From contig JASJCI010000031.1 of the NCBI GenBank assembly GCA_030066085.1, positions 39,626 to 103,625 of the forward strand: DNA of 64,000 bases, read 5' to 3'. Shown piece by piece: positions 30,331 through 38,994 of the stretch. The first letter of the stretch is position 1. The number at the start of each line of letters is the position of its first letter. The notes under the pieces were generated by a model that was given only the letters and a program-made list of their open reading frames with translations, did not search any database and had not been told where the DNA came from. The position numbers and the translations under genes were made by a program. Origin of the DNA: Gammaproteobacteria bacterium (lineage in GTDB: Bacteria; Pseudomonadota; Gammaproteobacteria; GCA-001735895).

Positions 30331-31484
30331 CTGCGGTGGCGCCCGATGCACCGGAGCCGGTATCACTCGCCCGCACGTCGACGCAGCGCGAGGCGGTGTA
30401 TCGACTTAGATACGACGTGTACATGCGCGAGCTCAGAAAGGGGTTCCTGGGCGATGTGGATCACGAGCACTGCAGGGTTCGGGATGCGGAGGACGAACAA
30501 CAGGACGTCAGCATCTTCTACACCGGGACCGAAGAGGACATGACCGGCTCGCTGCGGCTGCAGGTCTGGGATCCTGGCCGGATTCCGGACGACATCGTGC
30601 AACGTTTCTCACTGCACCTGTTCCCCGGTATCGAGGCGTACAAGGTGAGCGAGGCGGCACGACTGGTTGTAAGACCGGGCATGCGCGGCGGGCGTCTGCT
30701 GGACTCGCTCGCCCTCGCCGCGTGCGAGCATGCAGTGGTCAACCACGGTGTCTTCGTCTGTTTCCTGTACTGTTCGCCAGGTCTTGTGCGTACCTTTATG
30801 CGTCTCGGCTTTCAGCCTTACCCGGGCTACGTGATACCGAACGAGGACGGGATTCGGCTACCCATGTTCGTAGTGTTAACCGACCTCGAGCATCTCGATG
30901 CTGTCGGCTCACCGCTGGCACCGCTCATGGCACGCCACCTTTCCGCCGACACCGCGCCTCCTGTCAGGTCTGTTTTCCTGCAGGCAATGAGCGATCAGCC
31001 ATACCACTACGAAACCCGTGCGGCGCGGGTCTGGCAGGAAGTGCGAGACCAGCTTCAACCTGGTCCCGGGAACCGCTCTCCCTTGCTGGAGGGGATCTCG
31101 GCCAGCGATACCGAGGTGCTTTGCCACTGCGGCTTTATCATGGAGATCCCCGCCGACAAGGTGGTCATAAGAGAGGGCCTGGTGGAACGGGAGCTCTACC
31201 TGGTTTTACGCGGCGAATACGAAGTTCGCATAGGAAACAGGGTGCTCGGGGTGCTGGGCGTGGGTGACGTGCTGGGAGAGATGTCGTTTTTCGATAATCC
31301 GGGCGAACGTGTGGTCACGGTCCGCTCGTTGACAGCCGGACGCGTCATGGTACTGGAGCGCCATTTCCTCGAACACCTGGCTCCCTCCCATCCGAGACTG
31401 GCGTCTCGCCTGCTAATGAACCTTGGGCGCATCCTCTCGCGACACCTGGCCATCGCGCTGCGGACCTGCCCGGGCGTAGACTAG
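30327..31484 (+). CDS. LuxI/FeeM-type N-acyl amino acid synthase domain fused to a C-terminal cyclic-nucleotide-binding (CAP-type) domain
   Basis: GTG start overlaps the MTase stop (GTGA). N-terminal half matches Acetyltransf_5/autoinducer-synthase-like NAS signature (AVYRLRYDVYMRELRKGF...DEQQDVSIFY...SEAARLVV...RLGF). C-terminal about 120 aa is a cNMP-binding beta-barrel (LYLVLRGEYEV...GVGDVLGEMSFFDNPGERVVTVRSLTAGRVMVL). Confidence 0.65.
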   Translation: MTAVAPDAPEPVSLARTSTQREAVYRLRYDVYMRELRKGFLGDVDHEHCRVRDAEDEQQDVSIFYTGTEEDMTGSLRLQVWDPGRIPDDIVQRFSLHLFPGIEAYKVSEAARLVVRPGMRGGRLLDSLALAACEHAVVNHGVFVCFLYCSPGLVRTFMRLGFQPYPGYVIPNEDGIRLPMFVVLTDLEHLDAVGSPLAPLMARHLSADTAPPVRSVFLQAMSDQPYHYETRAARVWQEVRDQLQPGPGNRSPLLEGISASDTEVLCHCGFIMEIPADKVVIREGLVERELYLVLRGEYEVRIGNRVLGVLGVGDVLGEMSFFDNPGERVVTVRSLTAGRVMVLERHFLEHLAPSHPRLASRLLMNLGRILSRHLAIALRTCPGVD

Positions 31485-32356
31485 GGCCTGTTCGGTCTCA
31501 GCATCTCGAGCAGAGATCCGACGTCATTTGTTGCCAACCCGAGATCTACCGCCCTGCCGAAGAGTTGCCGGGCAAACGCGGACACATCGGTGCGGTATCC
31601 AGTTTCCTGCTGGAACTCGATCATCAGGTCCGCAATCTGGACCCATACCCCGATCGGCGCATCCGATGAATCGAGGCCACCGTTTTCGATTTTGCGGAGA
31701 CTCCCCATCAGCGCTTGCGCGTCATAGGCGGTATTTGTCGGCAAGTCTCGCACCAGCTCCTGCAACGATATGCCCGCTGCCTCACAGAGTGCTGCGCCAT
31801 TCATGATGCCGATGGTCATACCGAGCGATCCAGATAAGGCCGCCAGGTTCAGAGCAGACGATTTTGCGGGATCGGATCCCAGGTACCTGGCCTGCGGTGT
31901 ATATTCCTTGAGCAACGGTTCAGCCGCATCGTAGGCGGCTTTATCGCCGGCCAGCAGCAAGGGAAATTCATCACCACCTATCTGGTTTGGATAGGCCACT
32001 ATCTCACCATCCAGGTAGGCGGCACCGGCCCGTTTTGCCCAGTCACTGGCTGATCGGGACAGCGTGGGTGAACCACTGGAAAGCTGGATCAGTATCCGCC
32101 CCTTTAGCGCAGCCATGCACTCCGGGGTAGCCAGTAACGACGCCGTTGTTGCGTAATCACTTACGCAAACAACGACCATGGGGCTCGCGGATATTGCTTC
32201 GGCCGGCGTTGCTGCAACGGTGACATTGCCGACAGCGAGCGGCAGCGCCTTGTCGCTGGTGCGGTTCCAGACAACGATTTCGCGACCGAATTTCGCCGCG
32301 GTATCAGCCAGGGCAAACCCCATGGCACCCAACCCGATGAAAGAAACTTGCGCCAT
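31481..32356 (-). CDS. NAD(P)-dependent beta-hydroxyacid dehydrogenase family (HIBADH/6PGDH-NAD-binding) oxidoreductase
   Basis: 291 aa; MAQVSFIGLGAMGFALA dinucleotide-binding motif; convergent 4-nt overlap with the preceding gene. Confidence 0.8.
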   Translation of the reverse strand: MAQVSFIGLGAMGFALADTAAKFGREIVVWNRTSDKALPLAVGNVTVAATPAEAISASPMVVVCVSDYATTASLLATPECMAALKGRILIQLSSGSPTLSRSASDWAKRAGAAYLDGEIVAYPNQIGGDEFPLLLAGDKAAYDAAEPLLKEYTPQARYLGSDPAKSSALNLAALSGSLGMTIGIMNGAALCEAAGISLQELVRDLPTNTAYDAQALMGSLRKIENGGLDSSDAPIGVWVQIADLMIEFQQETGYRTDVSAFARQLFGRAVDLGLATNDVGSLLEMLRPNRP

Positions 32357-32452
32357 TCCGATATCCCCTCGTACACCCCGCCAGTCTCGACCAGCATGAC
32401 GCCCGGTCGAGTGACATGCAAGCCCGCATAATCAGGGGGGATCGATATCGAT

Positions 32453-32480
32453 TGATTTATCTATCGTGATTTATCTATCG
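32453..32480. repeat. 14-bp tandem direct repeat TGATTTATCTATCG x2 in promoter region of the dehydrogenase gene
   Basis: seen directly, about 100 nt upstream of the minus-strand start at 32356; AT-rich, candidate regulator-binding direct repeat. Confidence 0.55.
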
Positions 32481-32639
32481 GCCGGGTGTCCGCCAGCCTC
32501 GTACGAGTGTCGGCCCGGTAGACGGCGTGTCCCGGGTTTCTGCAACCGGCGACACCCTGTCGGGCACTATTTTTTCAGCCGCCTGTTTTGCCAGTCACTG
32601 ACAACCAATAATCGCATCGATTTCCCGGGCTTCTGTGAT

Positions 32640-33551
32640 TTAGCGGCACTCGGTTACCAGCTTCTTTACCAGCATCCTGCGCCGGTCTCTGAGCTCTTCA
32701 CCCAATGACGCCGTGTAACCCCGGCTCATGCGGTCATCGATGCTTTCGATTTCGGCCTGGTAGTTTTCCCTGCAGCGCTCGATTCGTGCCTGCTCTTTTT
32801 CGTTCTTCTTTCGTTCGCGCGCCTGGTCCCGCTCCTGGTTTCCCGCGTCGTCGCCTTGCAAGCCATAGCCAGCCGCGTTGCCCGAATTATCGATCGGGTA
32901 CTGTCGTGCTGCGCCCTGGTCGAACAGCTGCTGCAGTCGCATCGCCTCTTTTCGTTGTTCATCATCGCAACTAAAGATCATTTGCTGGAATTCTCGCGGA
33001 AAATCCTCACATGAAACCGTGCCGAAAGCCTGCGCGTTGCACCTGGCAACGGTGAGCTGTGCAAGCCTGTCGGGTTGCATGGTTTCCGAGTGTTTGAACG
33101 AGTAGACGTAGTTGATTACTCCGAGGGTACTTCGCGAAATGGAACTGGCGCCGCCATAGCGATCGAACAGCTGCTGAGTGTCGAGGCCGGAACGCATGTG
33201 TCCGAAAATCACCTGCGAAAACGCGCCGGCAAACTTGCAGTCTTCCATCTGCACCGGTTTTTTGCCGTTCTTCAGCAGCTTGTCGGTTTTCTCGTTTTTT
33301 CTACACGGTTGCTGGGAGTACGTGACGTCGCCATTTTCATCGATGCACTTGTAGGTTGCCGCCATGACATCCGCTGACAACGACAGCACAAGCAGCATTG
33401 AATAAACAGCCGCCAGGGCAACTGTCGACGACCCCTTAAAGCTGCGACTCAGTTCGCGGGATACAGGCAACCCGGACACTTTTTTTGCTGGCTGCAGGTT
33501 CACGAAAGCAGCGGCCTCCTGATTACTACCGGAGCGCGACCTGTCGATCAT
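32640..33551 (-). CDS. DUF4124-domain exported protein
   Basis: signal peptide (MLLVLSLSADVMA) then DUF4124 motif ATYKCIDENGDVTYSQQPC; Cys-rich middle; charged coiled-coil C-terminus; true start is probably the internal Met at about 33398. Confidence 0.55.
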   Translation of the reverse strand: MIDRSRSGSNQEAAAFVNLQPAKKVSGLPVSRELSRSFKGSSTVALAAVYSMLLVLSLSADVMAATYKCIDENGDVTYSQQPCRKNEKTDKLLKNGKKPVQMEDCKFAGAFSQVIFGHMRSGLDTQQLFDRYGGASSISRSTLGVINYVYSFKHSETMQPDRLAQLTVARCNAQAFGTVSCEDFPREFQQMIFSCDDEQRKEAMRLQQLFDQGAARQYPIDNSGNAAGYGLQGDDAGNQERDQARERKKNEKEQARIERCRENYQAEIESIDDRMSRGYTASLGEELRDRRRMLVKKLVTECR

Positions 33552-33642
33552 GGGCGTGATACTCCGGGGGCAAAAACAGATTTGCTTCTTGCTGGATTAT
33601 AGTCCCTGTCCCGATGCCTGCCCCGGGCCGAGTTCAGGCCGG

Positions 33643-34926
33643 CTAGACAGATCCGAGCATTTCCTCGACAGCAGCGATTTCGGACCTGGATTCCTCGATA
33701 AAACTGATGCTGTCGCGGGCGGTGAATCCAAGCTGCAGTTTCAGGAACGCGGGCATCTTCGAAAGCGCCGGCAGACGTTTCGTGGCCGATGTGCCCAAAA
33801 GGCTGTAGTAGCGGGCAACCAGCACCAGGTCGCACAGGTCGGCCTGGTCGCGATGGTTGCGAAACCAGTTGCGTGATTCTTCGCCAACCGTGACGATTTC
33901 TTCACCCAGGTTCCACCGGAAGAGCAACATCCCATTGATCTGGGCATGCAGATCACGAATGGTTTGATCGAGCGCGGCATCGTCGCCGTAGAGATCGCTG
34001 TGCTCCTGCGCATAGTTCAGGATGGCGATGATACCGAGGTCGCTTAACAGGCCCGCCATCTGCGCCATTTCCGGGTCGAATTTGCCGGAGCGCGCGGCAA
34101 GCACGCGACTGAATGCCGAGATCCTGCGGCTGTTTTTCCACAGCAGCTGCATGCGTTTTTGCATGGCGCTCGATTTCGACCGGAACAGTTGCGTGGCCGC
34201 GTAAATCATGATCTGTTTTCGAATGACGTCCATGCCCATGCGCACTATGGCCTGCTGCAGGGTTTCGATTTGCGCATTTCCGCGGTACAGGGCGCTGTTC
34301 GCGGTCTTGAGCAGCTTGGCCGATATTGCGGGATCGGACTGGATCAGCCCGGAAACCTGCGCCATGTCGTAATCATCATCGGCAAACAGCTGCTGGATCT
34401 TGTGCACCACGTCGGGCATGATCGGCAGCGTGATGCTGCCATTGCTGATATCCATGCACAGGCTGATGGTGAGTCGATTGGCTTCTTCGGACTGCTCGAT
34501 CAGCTCGACATCCATTTGTCCGTTGGTCGCCTCGTCGACCAGCGAGAGCTCGGTCAACAGGTCATGGGGAATCCGGAGATATTCGACAGGCGAAACAGCT
34601 TCGACGTCATACAGGCTCGGGCGAATCTTTGCCACGGGCTCGAGATTGCCGTCATTTTCCACCGGCACAGGGCGCTCGGTGCCGTCGCCGTCGCGGCAAA
34701 TGGCTTCACCCTGCAAAAAGTACAGGCTGTAATCGCCCGTATCGCCCCGGGCTATGATGCGCTGCCTCGGCTCCGCAACCTCGGTATCGAGCCTGTTGGC
34801 GAGCATATCCAGCTGTTCGTCGCTGAACAGGACCAGGTCCCTGATACGCCTGAAGACCGAATGGTCGAGCTGTTTGCTGCTGTCTTGCATATCCGCATTC
34901 CGTATACACACCATCACCTTCGGCAT
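33643..34926 (-). CDS. cyclic-nucleotide-binding-like domain :: HDOD signalling protein
   Basis: about 427 aa from ATG at 34926; N-terminal CAP-like barrel (LVLFSDEQLDMLANRLDTEVAEPRQRIIARGDTGDYSLYFLQGEA); C-terminal HDOD (LPIMPDVVHKIQQLF...VIRMGMDVIRKQ). Confidence 0.65.
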   Translation of the reverse strand: MPKVMVCIRNADMQDSSKQLDHSVFRRIRDLVLFSDEQLDMLANRLDTEVAEPRQRIIARGDTGDYSLYFLQGEAICRDGDGTERPVPVENDGNLEPVAKIRPSLYDVEAVSPVEYLRIPHDLLTELSLVDEATNGQMDVELIEQSEEANRLTISLCMDISNGSITLPIMPDVVHKIQQLFADDDYDMAQVSGLIQSDPAISAKLLKTANSALYRGNAQIETLQQAIVRMGMDVIRKQIMIYAATQLFRSKSSAMQKRMQLLWKNSRRISAFSRVLAARSGKFDPEMAQMAGLLSDLGIIAILNYAQEHSDLYGDDAALDQTIRDLHAQINGMLLFRWNLGEEIVTVGEESRNWFRNHRDQADLCDLVLVARYYSLLGTSATKRLPALSKMPAFLKLQLGFTARDSISFIEESRSEIAAVEEMLGSV

Positions 34927-35041
34927 GACAGGTGATCTCACTGTCTGTATCGGCTTTGTCCGGCCGGACTTGAAAACCGGTTTGCGACGGCGATAGCCGG
35001 GTAAGCGGCGGTTTTGGATGCCTCCGCTATTTCGGCCCGGG

Positions 35042-35920
35042 TTATCTCGACTTGCCGAGAACGACGTAGTTGCCGAGCAGCACGAGCAGAAAACCAAACC
35101 CGGCGCGCGGGGTCCACTGGTAATCCTCGAACAGGGTCGACAATCCCAGCGCAATCACCGGAAACAGGACCGCGGCGTAAGCCGCGCGGTCGGCGCCGAT
35201 ACGCCCGACCAGCGTCAGGTACGAGCCAAAGGCGAGGATCGATCCGAACAGGGCGAGGTAGAGCAGCGATACGGTGTATGCCGGCGCCGGATCAAAATTG
35301 AACGGTACCCCGCTGAACAGCGCGTACACGAACATGATCGCGGCGCCATAACTCATTCCCCAGGCGTTGGTCTGGATCACCGGCATGCCGGCGCGCTGGT
35401 TGCGCGCGGAGATGATGTTGCCGACCGACGCGAGCCAGGTGGCGCCGAGACACATCCACAGGCCCCGCCAGGTGTCGGCGCTGGCATCCACCGCGCTGAC
35501 TTCCGACCAGAAAACCGTTGCAATACCGCCGATCCCGATCGCCGCGCCGATAACGACACGGGCACTGACCCGGCTGCCGAGGAACAGCGCGCCGTTGACG
35601 ATATTGAGCAGGATCACGGTAGAAAACAACAGCGCGATGATGCCCGAGGTCAACAACCCGGTCGCCCAGTAGAACACGAGGTAATTGGTGGAAAACAGGA
35701 ACAGTCCCAGCAGCGCCATGTAGCCGTGTTGCACCCGGGAATACTTCAACGGGCGCCCGGTCAGCAGGCAAAACAGCAGCAGGATTACCGCCGCCAGCGC
35801 AAAGCGGTAAACCAGCGATACCTCCTCGGCGACGATACCGAGCTGGAACCTGATCGCGAACCAGGTGGAGCCCCAGATCAGCACCGCGGCCAGGTAGAGA
35901 CTGACCGAGTGGGTGTACAA
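35042..35920 (-). CDS. DMT-superfamily (EamA/RarD-like) transporter
   Basis: 10-TM duplicated EamA pattern; probable TTG start near 35920 just downstream of the kinase gene stop; the long track ORF is an over-extension. Confidence 0.7.
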   Translation of the reverse strand: MYTHSVSLYLAAVLIWGSTWFAIRFQLGIVAEEVSLVYRFALAAVILLLFCLLTGRPLKYSRVQHGYMALLGLFLFSTNYLVFYWATGLLTSGIIALLFSTVILLNIVNGALFLGSRVSARVVIGAAIGIGGIATVFWSEVSAVDASADTWRGLWMCLGATWLASVGNIISARNQRAGMPVIQTNAWGMSYGAAIMFVYALFSGVPFNFDPAPAYTVSLLYLALFGSILAFGSYLTLVGRIGADRAAYAAVLFPVIALGLSTLFEDYQWTPRAGFGFLLVLLGNYVVLGKSR

Positions 35921-35933
35921 GAGTCGTTTTCCG

Positions 35934-36731
35934 TTATCGGGATTCGACCAGCGCGGCCATCCAGCAGTCGGCCAGCAGCTGCAGCAGGTTGCGGTAGTCG
36001 AACAGCAGGGATTCTTCCACCTGCGCCCCGTCGGCGCAATAGTCTGCGAGCAGCGCGCGGCTGTCGGCGTAATCGAGTCGCGCGGCATTACACAGGGTCG
36101 CGAGATCCCAGCAGGGTGACGCCATGGCGGAAAACTCCCAGTCGATCAGCCAGACTCGATCATGTCCGCGCAGCAGGTTAGCCAGCACCGGGTCGTTGTG
36201 CGATGGCACATAGTCACCGTCACGGTCCTGCACCTGTGGCCACAGTAGCCCGGCCGCGCGTACGCGGGCCGCGAACTCGGCCCGGCGCGACCGCGGCAGC
36301 AATGCCTGGTAGCGGTCGATCAGCGGGCCGGGTTCGGCCCGGCCACGAAACCGCAGCCCGCTGCGATGCAGACGACGCAGCGGCTCGATGACTTGCGCGC
36401 GCCGGCCTGGATCACGCAGGTCGTCCGCAACCAGGGTTTTACCCGGCCGAATCGTCGCCGTCAGCGACACGCCGTCATCATCGCGCCAGGCCGGCGTCGA
36501 CGCGATCCCGAGCCCCGCCGCCATGCGCTGGTTGTCGGCCTCCGCCAGGCGATCGATATGCGGATTGGTTCGTGCGCGCGGGATCCGCAAGACCCAGTCC
36601 TGGTGTTGATTCCTGAGATGATAGTTCTCGTTGGTGTAGCCCGGCAGTGGCGTTATCTCGAAGTCGGCGGGCGCGTAATCGGCAAGCGGTTCGATTCGCC
36701 TGAACAAGGACGCGAGTCGGTCAGTATTCAT
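35934..36731 (-). CDS. thiK: APH/choline-kinase-family phosphotransferase, probable thiamine kinase
   Basis: 265 aa; Brenner motif HNDPVLANLL and DWEFS (DxE) of the APH/ChoK fold; last gene of the TPP-riboswitch-controlled thiBPQ cluster. Confidence 0.55.
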   Translation of the reverse strand: MNTDRLASLFRRIEPLADYAPADFEITPLPGYTNENYHLRNQHQDWVLRIPRARTNPHIDRLAEADNQRMAAGLGIASTPAWRDDDGVSLTATIRPGKTLVADDLRDPGRRAQVIEPLRRLHRSGLRFRGRAEPGPLIDRYQALLPRSRRAEFAARVRAAGLLWPQVQDRDGDYVPSHNDPVLANLLRGHDRVWLIDWEFSAMASPCWDLATLCNAARLDYADSRALLADYCADGAQVEESLLFDYRNLLQLLADCWMAALVESR

Positions 36732-37438
36732 AGCTCACCGAGGTAATCGCGCACGGCCGGCAGCTCGGGGGTGTCGAGCAGGGCCCCGGTCGAATCGATG
36801 GCCGCGATCCGGCCGTCGAGTACGAACGCGGTGCGCTCGGCGGCGATACGTGCGTCACGCGGTTGATGCGATACCATCAGCGCGGCCATCCGCCGTTCGG
36901 TGACCAGCGTTTTGACCAGCAAGATCAGCTCCCTGCGTTGCGCGGGTCCGAGCGCGCCAAAGGCTTCGTCGAGCAACAGCACGGGGCGCGCACGCACCAG
37001 TGCGCGCGCGAGCGCCGCGCGCTGGCGCTGCCCGCCGGAAACTTCGCCCGGCTTGCGTCGCTGCAGACCATCGAGATCGACCCGGGCAAAGGCCGCATCG
37101 ACCGCGTCGCGCTGGTCCGAATCGAGTGACAGGGATGGCGCGATGCCAAGCGCAACGTTGGCGTAGAGATCGAGATGCGGGAACAGGTTGTGCTGTTGAA
37201 ACACGATTGTGATGGGTCTTTCTGCCACCGGCAGAAGCTCGATCGGGCTGCCGTCGACGCGGATGCGGCCGGCACCGGGCTGCAGGAACCCGGCCAGCAG
37301 GTGCAGCAGGGTCGATTTACCGGCGCCGCTGGGCCCGATCAGGCATACCAGTTCACCGGCTTCGACGGTCAGGCTGAACGACATCGACGGGGTTGTGCTC
37401 GTGGCATAACGAAACGCGAGCGAATCGATTTCAAGCAT
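36728..37438 (-). CDS. thiQ: thiamine ABC transporter ATP-binding protein
   Basis: Walker A GPSGAGKST, signature LSGGQRQR, Walker B LLLDE. Confidence 0.8.
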   Translation of the reverse strand: MLEIDSLAFRYATSTTPSMSFSLTVEAGELVCLIGPSGAGKSTLLHLLAGFLQPGAGRIRVDGSPIELLPVAERPITIVFQQHNLFPHLDLYANVALGIAPSLSLDSDQRDAVDAAFARVDLDGLQRRKPGEVSGGQRQRAALARALVRARPVLLLDEAFGALGPAQRRELILLVKTLVTERRMAALMVSHQPRDARIAAERTAFVLDGRIAAIDSTGALLDTPELPAVRDYLGEL

Positions 37439-38981
37439 CGCGACCTCCGATCACACGTTCGATCAGCCAGAACAGCGCCAGGCACAGCAATAGCAGCAGG
37501 CCCGCGCTGACCGCGGCTTCGTCGGTGCGGTAGGCGCCGAGCTGCTGGTAGAGCAGCAGCGGCAGGGTCGTGCTGTCGGACGAGCCGAACAGCGCGATCA
37601 CGCCGAGGTCACCCATCGCGAGCACGCAGACCATGGCCGCCGACAGGCCGAACGCGCGCCGCAGCACTGGCCAGTCGATCCAGCGCCAGCGAGCCCAGCC
37701 GCGCAGGCCGAGGCTCTGGCACAACCATTCGTGACGCGCCTGGTGCTGGCGCAGCGCGGGACCGAGGCAGCGAATCACGAACGGCAGGCCCATCAGTGCA
37801 TTTACCCCGATAACCAGTGGCAGTACCCAGTCGAACGGACTGACGTATGGCGACAACAGCACGAAGTAACCGGTCCCGAGCACCAGCGGCGGCACGACGT
37901 AGACCACCGAGGCCCCGGTCTCGATCCAGCCGGCGCGTTCGGCCCGTCCCCGGCGCGCCAGGTCGGCACTGGTGCGCAACAGTAACCAACCGGCGAGGGT
38001 CGCAACGAATGCCGCGCAGAAACCGATCGCGAGCGAGATCCCGGCCGCGCGCCACAGTCGAGGACGGCCCAGCATTTCCAGCGCCGGTCCACGCAGCGCA
38101 TCCAGGGTCAGCGCCGCCAGTGGCAAGGCGACAAACAACGCCGCGATCATGATCAGCGGCAGCGCGGCACGAGAACGACGATGCTGCCCGGCGAGTATCG
38201 GCGCGGTATCGATTTCGACCTCTGGCAGGCGCTGCCAGCGCAGTGTTGCCAGCGCCACCAGTACACACAGACCGAGCTGCAGCAGCGCGAGAATCACCGC
38301 GCGCGGCGGATCGAAATCGAACCGCAGGGACTGGTAGATCGCAACCTCGAGCGTGGTGCTGCGCGGACCGCCGCCGAGCGTCAGCACCACGGCAAAACTG
38401 GTCAGGCACAACATGAACACCAGCAGCGCTACACCGGGTAGTCCCTCGCGCAGCGCCGGCCATTCGAGATGCCGCCAGCGCTGGCGGACGTCGAATCCGA
38501 GCTGCTCGCCGAGCTGCCAGTGATGCGCCGGGATGGACTGCCACAGCGGTAACAGCAGGCGTACCGCCAGCGGCAGGTTGAAAAACACGTGCGCGAGCAG
38601 GATACCGTTGAGGCCATACAGCGAGCGCCCCAGCGGCAGCCAGCCCTGGCTGCCGTAAACACCCACCACGCCCATGACCGCGACGACCGCGGGCACCACC
38701 AGCGGCACCGCGAACAGGCGCAGCACGAAAGCGCGTCCGGTGAAATCGCCGGCATGCGCCAGCGCGCGCGCGACCAGGATAGCCGGCGCGAGGCTCAAGG
38801 CGGTCGACAGGGTCGCCTGCCACAGGCTGAAGCGCAGCGCGCGCCAGACATAGGCACTGTTCCAGAACGCGAGGTCGGCGGTTTCCAGGCGGCCGCCGCC
38901 GAGCAACCCGGCCAGCGGCGCCAGCGTTACCAGCGCCAGCAGCGCCAGCACGGGGTAGGCCGATACCGGGCCGCGGATCAC
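37431..38981 (-). CDS. thiP: thiamine ABC transporter permease (two-domain)
   Basis: 516 aa, 12 TM, duplicated BPD-transport domain. Confidence 0.8.
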   Translation of the reverse strand: MIRGPVSAYPVLALLALVTLAPLAGLLGGGRLETADLAFWNSAYVWRALRFSLWQATLSTALSLAPAILVARALAHAGDFTGRAFVLRLFAVPLVVPAVVAVMGVVGVYGSQGWLPLGRSLYGLNGILLAHVFFNLPLAVRLLLPLWQSIPAHHWQLGEQLGFDVRQRWRHLEWPALREGLPGVALLVFMLCLTSFAVVLTLGGGPRSTTLEVAIYQSLRFDFDPPRAVILALLQLGLCVLVALATLRWQRLPEVEIDTAPILAGQHRRSRAALPLIMIAALFVALPLAALTLDALRGPALEMLGRPRLWRAAGISLAIGFCAAFVATLAGWLLLRTSADLARRGRAERAGWIETGASVVYVVPPLVLGTGYFVLLSPYVSPFDWVLPLVIGVNALMGLPFVIRCLGPALRQHQARHEWLCQSLGLRGWARWRWIDWPVLRRAFGLSAAMVCVLAMGDLGVIALFGSSDSTTLPLLLYQQLGAYRTDEAAVSAGLLLLLCLALFWLIERVIGGRDA

Positions 38982-38994
38982 GCTGCCTGCCGGC

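Noticed and set aside
35921-36088. N-terminal extension of the EamA track ORF
   Set aside because: Overlaps the upstream kinase gene in another frame and is Cys/Thr/Ala-rich, non-membrane; the first TM helix begins after the TTG near 35920.
37609-38823. 404-aa minus-strand ORF in alternative frame
   Set aside because: Alternative frame of thiP on the same strand; Arg/Ala/Gly-rich, whereas the thiP frame gives a proper 12-TM permease.
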